NCBI GenBank assembly: GCA_051453625.1
Contig: JBOZIK010000001.1
Coordinates: forward strand, 1,085,066-1,119,181
Direction of reading: 5' to 3'
From: Welwitschia mirabilis
Taxonomy: Eukaryota
Length of the DNA stretch: 34,116 nucleotides
Below, piece by piece: positions 22,100 to 34,116 of this stretch. The translations under genes and the position numbers were made by a program. The first letter of the stretch is position 1; every line of letters begins with the position of its first letter. The notes below the pieces were generated by a model that saw nothing but the letters and a program-made list of their open reading frames with translations, searched no databases and had not been told where the DNA came from.

Positions 22100-24279
22100 T
22101 TTCAAAAATTAATGATGTATTTTAATGAATTCTTAAGGTTCTCTTTAGACACTTAATGGAGATGATAAAAGGTGCAAAGGTCCTCCTTCACAAAAACTAA
22201 TCATTTACAAGAATGATTAAGGACCCACTCCAAGTGGGCAATGTGGGTATTATTTTACACTAGTATAGAGATGACAGTCTTCGTTTAAGCCTGCTTACTC
22301 TAAAGAGAATAATTCTCTAGTTGCATAGAATTTAACTCCATCTGTAATAAACATTATAAGAAAGAAAAAATATCAAAAAACCATATCAAATCCCTTAATC
22401 ATAATAGAAGAAATATCCATAAATTATCTTGATACCTCTCCAACTTTTAAAAGTGAACCTCAGAGGTTTGTAATTCATATATCTTGTGCCGTGTCATAAA
22501 ATGTACTACTTCTAACTCATTGATAAAAATCTCAAAATTCCAATAAGTAAGATTCCATAAAGGATCCACTGAGTAATACATAGAAAATTCCAGAAATGAA
22601 TAAGGTGAAAATCCTCATTAAAATTATAGCCCTCTTATTTATGAAGAATAAAAGAATCATCTTTATAAGATAATTCAATAACTTGCTCAAAGATAAGACT
22701 TTTTAACTACTTGACTTAATTAATTTGGGCTAATAAGCTCTAGATATTTAGAATCAATTCTATGATGGCTACAAGATGAGTCATGTCAATGTTGGAAGAA
22801 GTTAAAGGAACTGTCATTGAGGGTGATGAAGGAGAAGAATGGGAGTTACAAAAAAAAATAGAAGACTATACTTTAACTAGTATGAAAATGTTTTTCAGAC
22901 TCAAAGATGGTGTAGTAGAAAAATTGGCAACCTAGTCAACATCGATTACCATACCAGGATGATCCTCTTTTAAATCAGACAAGGAAGGAATCCATAATTT
23001 GAATAAAAAGGTAATCTAATAGGACCACTTACTTCAGCCCTAGAATGAATATTTCTATATTTGTCCATGCTTATCTTTCCCTTCTCTTGTAATGGAGTAG
23101 GAGAAAGAAACACAAGTGTCTTCCTATAATAAAGTATGAGATCAAATTAGGATAACTTCAACATTAACACCAACTAATGAGCAGAAAAGTTAAGAAAATA
23201 GTACATTTACATGATGCTTAAACCTCTAGGTGATAACTAGTGGAGAGCATTTCTCCCTTTCATCCACATTAACAAAAGTTGAAGTAGGAGTAGGATTTTT
23301 CAATGAAAGGACCTTACCCTTTCCTTTAGAGCATAAAATCTTAGAAGATGTCTTCTTATGCATTCCATTTATAGAATCATAAAAGGTAATAATAATAAAC
23401 AAGTAATAATAATTAATTTTTTAGAAGGGAAGAGAACCAATTACCTAATCAGAATACACCCCACTTACCAAAGAATAATAAGTTTTGCTTTTATCATTAT
23501 AATAAAAGTGTAATTCAAAAGGATCAATCCTAGGAAGGGACTGTAAGAACATCATGATATGAGAAGAAAGATTGATTTATTTAATTTTCTCAAAGTGATT
23601 ACTACCACAAAAAGCAAAATAGAAAGAAATAGCAATGCTTCCATAAGTTAATTAACAAAAATCTGAGTTTTACTTCATCTTAGTTATTTGTGAAAGTAGT
23701 TTAGAGTGAATGTTGTAACTCTAATCAAAGGAAACTTCATGATAATGAGCAAAAGATAAAAGGTAAATGGAATATTTAGGAAGTTGTGAGGAACAGAAGT
23801 GAAGGAAGTCCTTAACCACAATAAGAAATCCTAAAGCATCATAGTAAGAAACTAAAATCATGTTTGTAGGGATACCATGATAACCCTAATGATAGCGTTA
23901 ATGATTAATAAAATCAAATAAGATAGTTTGAAAGAAACGTAGTGTTTATAATTCATCAGTCAAAAATTAAAACGACTTAAGAACTCCATCTGAAAGACTA
24001 AAAATATGCTTCATAGCCTAAGAAATTATAGAAATTGAATAATACTAGGGATGTTGAAAGGTATAACTAGTATAATCATGTGAAGCATAGATAAAATGCA
24101 AGAGAAGAAATATCATAGATGACTGAAGGTTAAAAAAAAAAAAAAAAAAGAAACTCTAAAATATTAAAGCTAATGATTTATTTGAATTCAGAATCAATCA
24201 GTAAGTTATACATCTTCTCATTGATAAACCTAAGATTACAATTTAACCATCTGATGTGAGGAAAAGACCTAGGAGCCAT
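22100..24279 (-). pseudogene. Degenerate antisense accessory ORF of a retrotransposon (Transposase_32/PMD-like N-terminal part, possible coiled-coil C-terminal part)
   Basis: ATG at 24279 gives MAPRSFPHIRWLNCNLRFINEKMYNLLIDSEF; about 23790-23600 reads LPKYSIYLLSFAHYHEVSFD*SYNIHSKLLSQITKMK*NSDFC*LTYGSIAISFYFAFCG; about 22340-22260 reads LQMELNSMQLENYSL*SKQA*TK. There are many stops and the 3' end is approximate. Confidence 0.55.
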
Positions 24280-24350
24280 ATCTTTGAATAATGTGAAAAG
24301 GAACTTGGATTGAAAAATGGAGAAAAGATAAAGAAGTTAAATTAAATAAT

Positions 24351-24443
24351 CTAGAAAAAACAAAAGAATAGATGTGTAAAACAATATAATATAAGTAAAG
24401 ATAATTTTTAAATACTAAAGATAAAGAAGTGAAAAGCACTTAC
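24351..24443 (-). other. Predicted 93-nt 5'-UTR intron of the antisense ORF
   Basis: Minus-strand donor AG/GTAAGT at 24443 and acceptor TCTTTTGTTTTTTCTAG ending at 24351, between the TATA box and the ATG. Confidence 0.5.
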
Positions 24444-24500
24444 CTATTAACTATATGATGAAAAGTAAAAAAATGTAGATTAAAATAAACTTCCAAACCT

Positions 24501-24508
24501 TATTTATA
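24501..24508 (-). promoter_or_regulatory. TATA box for the antisense ORF
   Basis: The minus strand reads CCTATAAATAAGG about 220 nt upstream of ATG 24279. Confidence 0.55.
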
Positions 24509-24669
24509 GGAAAAAGAAAGAATCTTTTATACTTGCTGACATGACATTAGAAGTACTAGTGAGGTGACAATCAACTAAACTTTAATAGAACTGATAATGC
24601 AACTACAAGAGAGAGAAAGTAAGGTAAATAAATTAAAAGAGGAGAAGAATCATACAGGACCAATCACAA

Positions 24670-26105
24670 TTTGAAAAGATGAGCTATACTTAAAAGGAAG
24701 CATCATACTATTGAGTGTGCAGTTTGAATTCATGATATAATTAAGCAAGAGTAATGAAAGAAATCTATAATGTTAAAAGATAAATTAGCCTTATAAGGAG
24801 ATTCACATTATTGATTGGGCAGCCTAATTTCATCATAGAGTTAAGTAGTGATGACCTAAGTAGTTTGAGAAGTGAAAAGGTGAACTAGACTTATAAAGAA
24901 GCACCACACTCTTAGCTAGCAACCTAATTTAATCATTGAGTTAATTGGTGGTTATTTAAGCAGTTTAAGAAGCAAAATGTTAAACTAGACTTATAAAGGG
25001 TTATCACACTACTCACATGGAAATTCAAAGATGATTTCATACTAAATCAGTAGTTGTAAGGGCCTAATAGTTGACTAGATCCATAAGACGGTGTTAGGCT
25101 ACTGACATAACAACCCAAAGATGATGTCATGCTAATATTAATAGTCATGAGGGCCTAATAGTGGACTAGATCCATAAGGGAGTGTTACACTGGTGATATA
25201 ATATCCCAAAGATGATGTCATGTTGACATCAATAGTTACAAAGGCTTAATAGCAAACCAAATCCATAAGGACATGCTACACTACTAATATGGCAACCCAA
25301 AGTTGATGTCACCCTGATATCAGTAGTTGTAAGGTCCTAATAGTGGACCAGATCCATAAGGGGGTGCCACGCTACTGACACAATAGTCCAAAGATTATAT
25401 CTTTTTTACATCAGTAGTTACAAGGATCTAATAATGAACTATAGCCATAATAAGACACCACACAATTGACATGACAGTCCAAAGATGATGTCATATAGAC
25501 ATTAGCAGTCATAAAGATCTAATAGTAAACTAGATATAAAAGAGAATACCACACTATTGATATTGCACTTTAGATATGATGTCATATTGACAGTAGTAGT
25601 TATAGAAGCATAATAGTTTATTAGATCCATAAGAATACATCAGATTATTAATAAGACACCTCAAAATCTATGCCAAACTAATAATAATACTTACAAGAGT
25701 ATAACACTTTATCAATCCATAAGGAGGCACCATGCTATTGAGTAAACACCTCAAAATACATGCCAAAATGATATTAGTAGTTGCAGGAGCATAATACTTC
25801 ATTATATCCATTAGGGAACACCACACCATTGATCAAACACCTCAAAATCCATGCTAAGCTAACAGTAGTAGTCGCAGGAGCATGTCACTTTATCAAATCC
25901 TTAAGGAAATATTACACTATTGAGTAGACATCTCGAAGTCCATGTCAAACCAACATTAATAGCCACAAGAACATAACACTTCATTACACTCATCAGGGAG
26001 CATCACACTATTGATCACATACCTTAAAATTAATGCTAACTTAACATAAATAGTTATCAAAGTCTAATACTTTACCAAACTTATAAGGAGTACCACCCTA
26101 ATGCC
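24670..26105. repeat. Diverged tandem array of about 16 units (about 100-bp period on the left, 90-91-bp period thereafter)
   Basis: A GATCCATAAG/GACTTATAA-like anchor recurs at 24687, 24788, 24888, 24988, 25078, 25169, 25260, 25351, 25442, 25533, 25624, 25714, 25805, 25896, 25987 and 26078. Confidence 0.92.
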
Positions 26106-26339
26106 ATAATAGTCCTATAATATCAAGTGAGGTTTACCAATACTAGATTCAAGACTGAGATAAGTATTTACCAACTTAAAGATATTTAACTAATTTTGTT
26201 ATATTACTATAAACAATTATCAAAATTAACATGTGCTAAATATGAAACAATTAAGTAGTTTTAACTACTAATGAATCTATCCTAATAATTATATTAATAA
26301 CTAATCATTTATCCTACAAAATATAGAATACAAGTAAGA

Positions 26340-29300
26340 ATGAAGTCCAGATAACCCTCAATGATGCATACATTGTTGAACCATGAAAGATCATATAAAC
26401 AATCATATCAATGCTCTATAAACAATAAATTGAAGAAGTACAACATCAATTATAGATCAATTATGTGAATATTAAGGCTTTACAATAATTAGTTAATGAT
26501 AAGCTAGACTCTATCCTTAGAGCTATAGATGGAATACCATGAAAACAATTAATCAAAGAACTTCGATCTCAAGTACAATAATCCCTCTAAGTACAAAATG
26601 AAAAGATATAATATTTTGAGAAGAACTCTTTCCAATATTCTAAATAACAAGTAGGAGAAGAGATGCATAGGTGAATACAATAGTACCATGTTCATAACTC
26701 ATCTCCAAACAACATCACAAAAGATTAAGACATATAATAATATGTAAATAAAGTACAAATTCACATGTAAATAAGAACCTTAGGGTTTTATAAGGAATCA
26801 CTCCAATGATTGTGATACATTAAGAACCATTTTAAAATGAAAAATGTAGAGAATAGCTTACATAGTCAATATGCCATCATGTTCTTATAGAATATTTCAT
26901 AGTTTGATGGAGTTGGCTAAGTGTAATAAGGAATGATTGAGTTGATTAAAAGAAATTTACTAAAGAATTTAAATAGGCTTTTATTCCTGCTTACTTTATC
27001 AAGGATAGAAGGATGTAGTTCACATGCTTAAGATTGAGCATAAAGAGCCTTGATAAGCATTGGAAAGAATTCTATAAATTAGCTAAATTCCAAATCCAGC
27101 GAGATCAAGGAGAATTTAATAATGACTTTATTGGTACCCTGGCATCCCGATTAAGAAATTTTATCTATTCTTTAGAACCTAAATCTCAATAAGAATCATA
27201 TTGGAAGAGCAAACATTATATCAAGGTGGAACAAAGAAATTTGATGATGGCTTAGATTGAAACAATTATCACTTCATAATCAAGACATCAAAACTCTCCA
27301 TTCCAATTAGAACCCTTCAGTTAAAGTTACTAGGTACCAATTTTCCACTACTACAAGAAGGAGGATCACATAATTAAGATCTATTTTAAGAAAAAGGAAG
27401 ATACAAATTCTGATTAGTTGACTATAGCATAAGGATAGCCACAAGTAAGAAAAAGATCATTCATCCTAGTTCAAAAGGTTTTATGTGAAACCAATTCTCT
27501 ATAATTGAAATTAAAGGATTTTTACATAATTTTCTTATTATATCTCTCATTTATTATGGTGCTAGTGATAATATTATTTCTCCTAATTTTGCAAATCACT
27601 TCCAAGATAAAATTAGTAGGGAACCAATTTCTAAAGTAGAAGTCATGGGAGAAAAAATAATCACTCAGTTAGGTCAGTGCGCATAGTTAAACTTTATAAT
27701 TCATGATTTATATTTTATTAATAAATTTGATCTCTTTAATATCAAAAAAGATGAAGCAATTATAGAAATGTCCTTTTTGAGAAAATATGATGTAAGAGCA
27801 TCTTTCGAAAAATAAACCATATTGATTTTCACTCCATATGAAAGATGAATTCTAAAAGGAAAGGAAAGAAAAGAAGGAAATAAGTATTATTCATAACAAG
27901 TAGGGAAATGAAGAAAGCCTTTAAGATAACTTAGTTATTTTTGTGCCATAGTCAGAAACAAAGCAAAAGTATATCTACCTATTAAGTTATATATTAAGTT
28001 ATATAACTTCTAATAAGTATTTAAATATAAGGTTGATTTACAACCAAAGAGAAAGATGTAATATGAAATTAATCTTATTCCAGGGGTACAGTTAATCTCT
28101 CGAGCATCATGTGAATTTTTTATCATTAATTTTAAAAAGCTAAAATTGAAAATTTAACAATTATAAATGAAGGTAAAATCAAGCCTAGTATATGATATTG
28201 GGAAGCATCAATTTTGTTTGTAAATAAAAAAAATGGATTGCTAAGTCTTCACATTGATTATTACTAGTTAAATAAGGTAATAATAAAGAATAAGTATTCA
28301 CTACCTCGAATCGATGAGATTTTTGACTAGATATAGGGAGAAAGGTATTTTTGTAAAATAGATTTAAAAATCAAGATACCATCAAATTCATATCAAAGAA
28401 GACAATGTTTCAAAAATGTCTTTCTGAACTAGATACAACAATTTTAAATTCACAGTTATGCCTTTTGGTTTGACAAATGTTCCTAATACATTTATGATAT
28501 TAATGAATAACATTCGTATTTAGATCAATTTATTATTATCTTCATGGATGATATTTCAATTTACTCCAAAAGTAAGGGAAAACATGTTAAACACATGAAG
28601 TTAGTTTTTTAGCTACTTCAAAAAAAGGGTTTTGAAAACTAAACTCAACAAATGTTAATTCTTATCCCTTATTTAGAGCATGTCATATCTAAAGAAGGTT
28701 TAAAAATTAATTCCAAAAAAATACAAACTATAAGAGAATGGCCTAAGCTAAAAACTCCCCCTGAAGTAAAAAGCTTCCTTGGTCTTACAGAATTCTATAG
28801 GTGTCTCATCCAAAATTTCTCCAAAATTGTGAGTCCAATGACAAATTTGACTAAAGATAAAATTTCATTTAATTTTGATAACAAGTGAAAAGAAGAATTT
28901 TTATGAATCAAACTCTTATTGACCACATACTGAGTTTTAAAGATCCCAAAAATGGATAAAGAATTCTTAGTAGTCATAGATTCTTATAGAGAGGAAGTAG
29001 GTATAGTCTTGATATACGAAGAAAGATTGATTACATATGAATCATTCAAGTTAAAGAAACATGAATGCAACTATCTAGTGCATAACTTATAATTTATATT
29101 CATAATTCATGCATTAAAAATATGAAGACACTACCTTTTAAGAAATAAATTTCAAATTAATACTAATCATAAAATGTTAGAATTTTTATAGAAACAAGAT
29201 TTTCTAAATATACGATAATGAGGATGATTGTAATCATTATCAGAATATAATTTTAATCTTAAATTCATACTTGAAAAATAAAACAAAATTGTAGACACTC

Positions 29301-30790
29301 TCAATTACATATGGTATATGATGATTTATATAGTAAATCCTTAGATGGCAAAGAAATTAAAGAACAAGTGCCATAAGATGAGATATTTAAACAAATTTGG
29401 CATAAACCTATATTCAAACAAATTTGGCATAAACTTATGAATGATAAAGAGGGTTCTCCTTTTATTTAACTAATAATGGAATTTTGATAAGAGAAAATCA
29501 AGTTTTCATTTTTACTAGAACTTGACGTCCTTAATTACTTAGAGAAACACATAAAGTTCTATATGTGGACAACCTAGGCTTTGCAAAAACATACATCACT
29601 TTAAAGAAGCAGTATTATTAGCTAGGAATGAAGTTTTAGATTAAAGATTTTGTTAAAAGTTATCCAATATATCAAAGTATTAAATTAAAATAGCAAAACC
29701 TGATCAGATTCCTAAAACCTTTAGAATGCTATCCTAGAGATGGAAATAAATTCCTATGGATTTCATTGTAGGTTTAACCAAAACCATTAAAAAACATGAG
29801 GCCATATTCATATATGTGGATCAACTCACCAAGATGGCATGTTTCATTCCAATTAAAACCATGACTACTATAGAAGAAATTATAATCTAGTTTGTGAAGG
29901 AAGTATTTTATTAACATGAAATTCCTAAAACTATCATTTTAAATAAAGATTCAAAATTTGTATCAAACTTTTGGAATGAATTCTTGAAGCAATTAGGTAC
30001 TCAAGTACTTTTTAATACAACTCATCATCAAAAAACTAATGAAAAAATAGATTAAGTGAATTATATCTTAAAATATATTTTGAGAAGTGATGTGGTTGGT
30101 AGACTAGGGAGATGAGAAGATTTCCTTCATTTGGTAGAATTTGCTTATAACTAAGGTTGCTAAACTTCAATTAAACATTATCTATTCGAAGTAATATAGG
30201 GTAGGAACTATTAAACTCTTATAGGTTGGTTAGATCTAATTCAAACATATTAAGAAGAAAAAGAAGAAATTCAGAGAATGAAAAAAGTAATCAATAAAGT
30301 GCAAAAACAACTACAAGGTACACCATATAGATACAAGAAGTATTTTGACTAGAAACATTTTTACTTCATTTTTTAAGTTGATTATTAAATACTAATAAGA
30401 GTTAAAACTAAATAAGTAACCTTAAAACTAGGGAAATATTTCAAATTAGCACCTTGGTTTTGTGAAATTTTCCATGTTATTAAGATAATAAGTGAAGTGT
30501 TATATAAACTTTATCTTTCTAAACAATGGTCTCTTGTTCACCTAGTGTTTTATATTAACCTTCTTAAAACTTATTACCTTAATGATTATATTATGGATTA
30601 GAATAGACTTTTGATAGGATCTAACATTACTTTTATAATTAACCTATTTGTTATTGAGGATTATAGAGAAAAACAGTTAAGAGAAAAATCAATAAAATAA
30701 GTACTAAAAGAATGATCTCACTATGATTACTGTAGTTGGAAAAGTGAACAATATATGAAAGAGAATTATCTAGGTTTACTTATAAATAAA
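26340..30790 (+). mobile_element. Ty3/gypsy chromovirus gag-pol remnant (Gag, protease, RT, RNase H, integrase, chromodomain)
   Basis: Degenerate knuckle HYYKKEDHII (about 27346), protease LIYYGASDNIIS (about 27545), RT WEASILFVNKKNG...KNKYSLPRIDE, VMPFGLTNVP, FMDDISIYSK, EVKSFLGLTEFY, RNase H IIHALKI*RHYL, integrase IPMDFIVGL, VDQLTKMACFIP, HEIPKTII..KDSKFVSNFW, and chromodomain-like REKQLREK...SWKSEQYMKENY (about 30665-30775). The RT-RH-INT order is gypsy type. Confidence 0.93.
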
Positions 30791-30912
30791 ATATAATGAG
30801 TTCTTATTTAATGTAAAGGAACATGATGAGGAAGAAGAATCTAATGCTAAACAGATCTTGCAACAAAATGATTCCATGGAGGAACAATAGTTTGAGGATG
30901 AATAATAAGATT

Positions 30913-30923
30913 AAGGGGAGAAG
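30913..30923 (+). other. Polypurine tract of the gypsy element
   Basis: AAGGGGAGAAG downstream of the chromodomain, followed 2 nt later by TATAAT, a probable decayed TGTAAT LTR start. Confidence 0.75.
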
Positions 30924-30925
30924 TC

Positions 30926-32183
30926 TATAATAATATTGATAACCTATAAAATTTAACATTTATATTAACGATTTTAGTTATCTTAGAAAATATATTTAAT
31001 TAATCATTTTTATCATGAGATTATGTCTTTCCTTAGTTTTATTATAAGTTATAAAGTTATGCACTTTCAAATGATAAATCTAAGTACTTAATAGCATAAT
31101 GGAGTATCAGGCCAAATCAACTTCAAACTATCATGTTGAACTTATCATGGAATGACATGTGGTAGCAAGTTATGGGTCCTCTCAGTTCCTAAATCCTAAT
31201 CAACTGAGATCCTCAAAGACACCTAGCATNNNNNNNNNNNNNNNNNNNNNNNNNNNNNNNNNNNNNNNNNNNNNNNNNNNNNNNNNNNNNNNNNNNNNNN
31301 NNNNNNNNNNNNNNNNNNNNNNNNNNNNNAGATCCTCAAAGACACCTAGCATCAACATGGTAGATATGTGATGATGATGTAACAAACATGTGGCAGTGAC
31401 TTGGTAGAAAAGTAGTAATCATAACTGATAGTGACACATGAAAATGATATTAACACAAACATCATTGAAATTAGTTGAAAGTTTTTGTACAATGGACCAC
31501 ATGTTGAAGGAATCATGAGAAATTTCTATTAAATTCTAAAAGATAAAACTTTTACTTAATAATATAAGACAAAGATTAGACCAAATGCTAAATGGCAAAG
31601 TGCTACAAGATAAAGATTCCAACAAATTGTATAAGACAAGAAATCTTAACCTTCACCTAAATCTGCAACATATAATTTAATCTACTTAATGATAAATGAT
31701 AAATATTCTATCTAAAGCTATAAGACAGAGCCCACCCACCTCACCTACCACTATAAGTTAAGAAATCTAACTACTTATCCTTCTTAGCTTTGCCTATAAA
31801 AGGGTCTTTAAGCCCTTCATTATAACATCACTTCATCTTTAATGAAAGATATATTATACCTTGACATAGTCTAAGGAATTTGTACTAGCCTAAGAAATTT
31901 GTACTTCATAATGCCTCTTTCTTGTAATGTAAGACAATTACTTTTATTTTATGTTAATGAAGTTAGTTTCATTTTCTTAATTTTAAGTGTGCATCATTTC
32001 ATAATTAGAATGCTTGATTAGGAGCTATGAAAAGGTCAAGATATCTTTATTAAGTGTATTTTCATGTTTGCTTAGCTAGCAGTAGTTGTAAGTATTTGAT
32101 GGTTTTCAGGCTTAACTTCCTATCTTCCATACTTATATTTGAACTACAAATGATGTTAAATAATATGAGATATTTTACCAACA
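30926..32183 (+). repeat. LTR-like sequence after the PPT (3' LTR or nested LTR pieces); the right boundary is uncertain
   Basis: It follows the PPT, contains CCTATAAAAGG (about 31793-31803) with a T-rich downstream region, and has a possible CAACA end at 32183. No TSD was found. Confidence 0.45.
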
Positions 32184-32445
32184 CTTAGGTGATGAATGAT
32201 ATTATGCCATCATGATTTAAACTTAATAACTTAGGGAGGGAAATATTTAATGCAAGTAATTATCATATCTTCTATAATTGAAGTTTCATGTATATATAAC
32301 TTGGACAAGATTAGAGTGTTAGTTTGTTTCTACTTTTGCTAATTGAATTTTTCCTTATTACATCTTGGATTTAACTTCCTATTATTTAAATTTTACTTTG
32401 AACTTTTTTATGTGCCAAATTTTATAAGCTAATGATATTCATCCT

Positions 32446-34116
32446 TGTGAAGAAAACAATACTGGATACTGCTTAGTTAGAACAGATAGAAGTATGTTGT
32501 GGTGTGAATTTATGCAATTCTAAAGTCCTTTAGGTAAACTTGTAATTAAATAACTTGCAGAAAAACACATGCTAGTATAAACGGGAGTTTACCTAAATGT
32601 CATAATCCCAACGAAGACACTAGGCTCAGAGTTAGAGAATTGATTTCCAAGGGTAGTTTTGGTATTTATCTTTTACTTAACTGAAAGGAAATAGNNNNNN
32701 NNNNNNNNNNNNNNNNNNNNNNNNNNNNNNNNNNNNNNNNNNNNNNNNNNNNNNNNNNNNNNNNNNNNNNNNNNNNNNNNNNNNNNNNNNNNNNATCCTT
32801 GTGGAGAAAACAATACTGGGTACTGCTTAGTTAGAACAGATAGAAGTATGTTGTGGTGTGAATTTATGCAATTATAAAGTCCTTTAGGTAAACTTGTAAT
32901 TAAATAACTTGTAGAAAAACACATGCTAGTATAAACGGGAGTTTACCTGAATGTCATAATCCCAACGAAGACACTAGGCTCAGAGTTAGAGAATTGATTT
33001 TCAGATTTGTTTTTGGTCTTTTATCCTTTACTGAATGAAAGTAAATAATAAAGTAAATGCAATGCAAGTGAATGGAAGTGAAATGCAAGTGAATGGAAAT
33101 GAAAATAGAATGGATTCTTTTGATTCCTAATCCTTCTGTCACAAGAACTAGCTTCTAGCCTTTCTATTACAAAGACTATCCTTCCTATGATTCAAGTCAA
33201 TTAAGAAAAGCATTCATCTAATTCCTAACGAACATGAGCTATGAGATGTACCAAATAGAATATGCAATATTTGATATGAAATGAAATGGAAATGCAATGC
33301 AAACATACTACTAACCAAGGTCAATCTTAACAAAGGTTGCCCTCATGATCTAAATAAATCATAGATTTGTCACTTAACTATGACCAAGTTAAACCATAAG
33401 GGACATTCANNNNNNNNNNNNNNNNNNNNNNNNNNNNNNNNNNNNNNNNNNNNNNNNNNNNNNNNNNNNNNNNNNNNNNNNNNNNNNNNNNNNNNNNNNN
33501 NNNNNNNNNAAAAGCATTCATCTAATTCCTAACGAACATCAACTATGAGATGTACCAAATAGAATATGCAATATTTGATATGAAATGAAATGGAAATGGA
33601 ATGCAAACATACTACTAATCAAGATCAATCTTAACAAAGGTTGCCCTCATGATCTAAATAAATTATAGATTTGTCACTTAACTATGACCAAGTTAAACCA
33701 TAAAGGACATTCAAAGAATTGGAATGAAAAGAGTATTTGTATAAATTCAAAAGAACTGTACATCCATTTATAATAGAATAATAGCACCTCAATGGTAAAA
33801 ACACATCCTAACACTAAGGTAACTCCTTTCTACAGCTATTGGATGGATCTCCTCCCTTTAAGCTTCCGTCACAAGCATATCAGATGCAAAAGATGATTTG
33901 GAAGTAAAGGAGAGAAGGGTATTTATAGTTTTACAATGAACTGTAATCCTAGATATTGGTGAAGAAAACCCTAGCGGCCCACATGGATTACTTAACCCCG
34001 TTTACAATCATATTTATTATGAACATGTAAAATAAGTTATCATCTCGACTGTCATAGGGATGATAAAGAGGACGACACTACCTTTTACCTTAGGTTGTGT
34101 GCCCATGTTATGCCTT
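32446..34116 (-). mobile_element. Probable LTR of another retrotransposon in reverse orientation, running off the window
   Basis: It starts at plus-strand TGT (minus-strand ...ACA end), has a minus-strand TATA CTATAAATACCC near 33917-33928 and short AATGCAA/AATGGAA repeats, and is non-coding. Confidence 0.45.

Noticed and set aside
24670-26105. CRISPR-like array near a reverse transcriptase
   Set aside because: Whole units are homologous end to end with no unique spacers, there are no cas genes, and the context is a plant retrotransposon. It is reported as a tandem array instead.
31208-33713. Direct repeats at about 31208-31229/31330-31351, 32441-32694/32795-33040 and 33206-33409/33510-33713
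   Set aside because: These show the same gap-flanking pattern and are most likely assembly artefacts. The same applies to 1633-1686/2313-2366.

Overview
Plant genomic scaffold, very AT-rich and gapped. It holds one intact host gene: a 7-exon UMAMIT/WAT1-related (nodulin MtN21/EamA) transporter on the + strand (CDS 8592-10442, 412 aa), lying in a sharply bounded GC/CpG-rich island with a TATA box and bZIP sites. The rest is mostly decayed retrotransposons. At the left end is the 5' half of a Ty1/copia element (- strand). A near full-length L1-type LINE (13467-20771) is bounded by a candidate 15-bp target-site duplication and carries an unexpected third ORF after ORF2. A Ty3/gypsy chromovirus gag-pol (about 26340-30790) is preceded by an LTR end with PBS, a long antisense accessory ORF remnant with its own TATA box and 5'-UTR intron, and a 16-unit tandem array of 91-100 bp. 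LTR-like sequence fills the right end. The most interesting signals are the two accessory ORFs, which both resemble the plant 'putative transposon protein' (Transposase_32/PMD-like) class by eye, and the hairpin-containing array next to one of them. All family assignments come from manual translation and recalled motifs; no searches were run.
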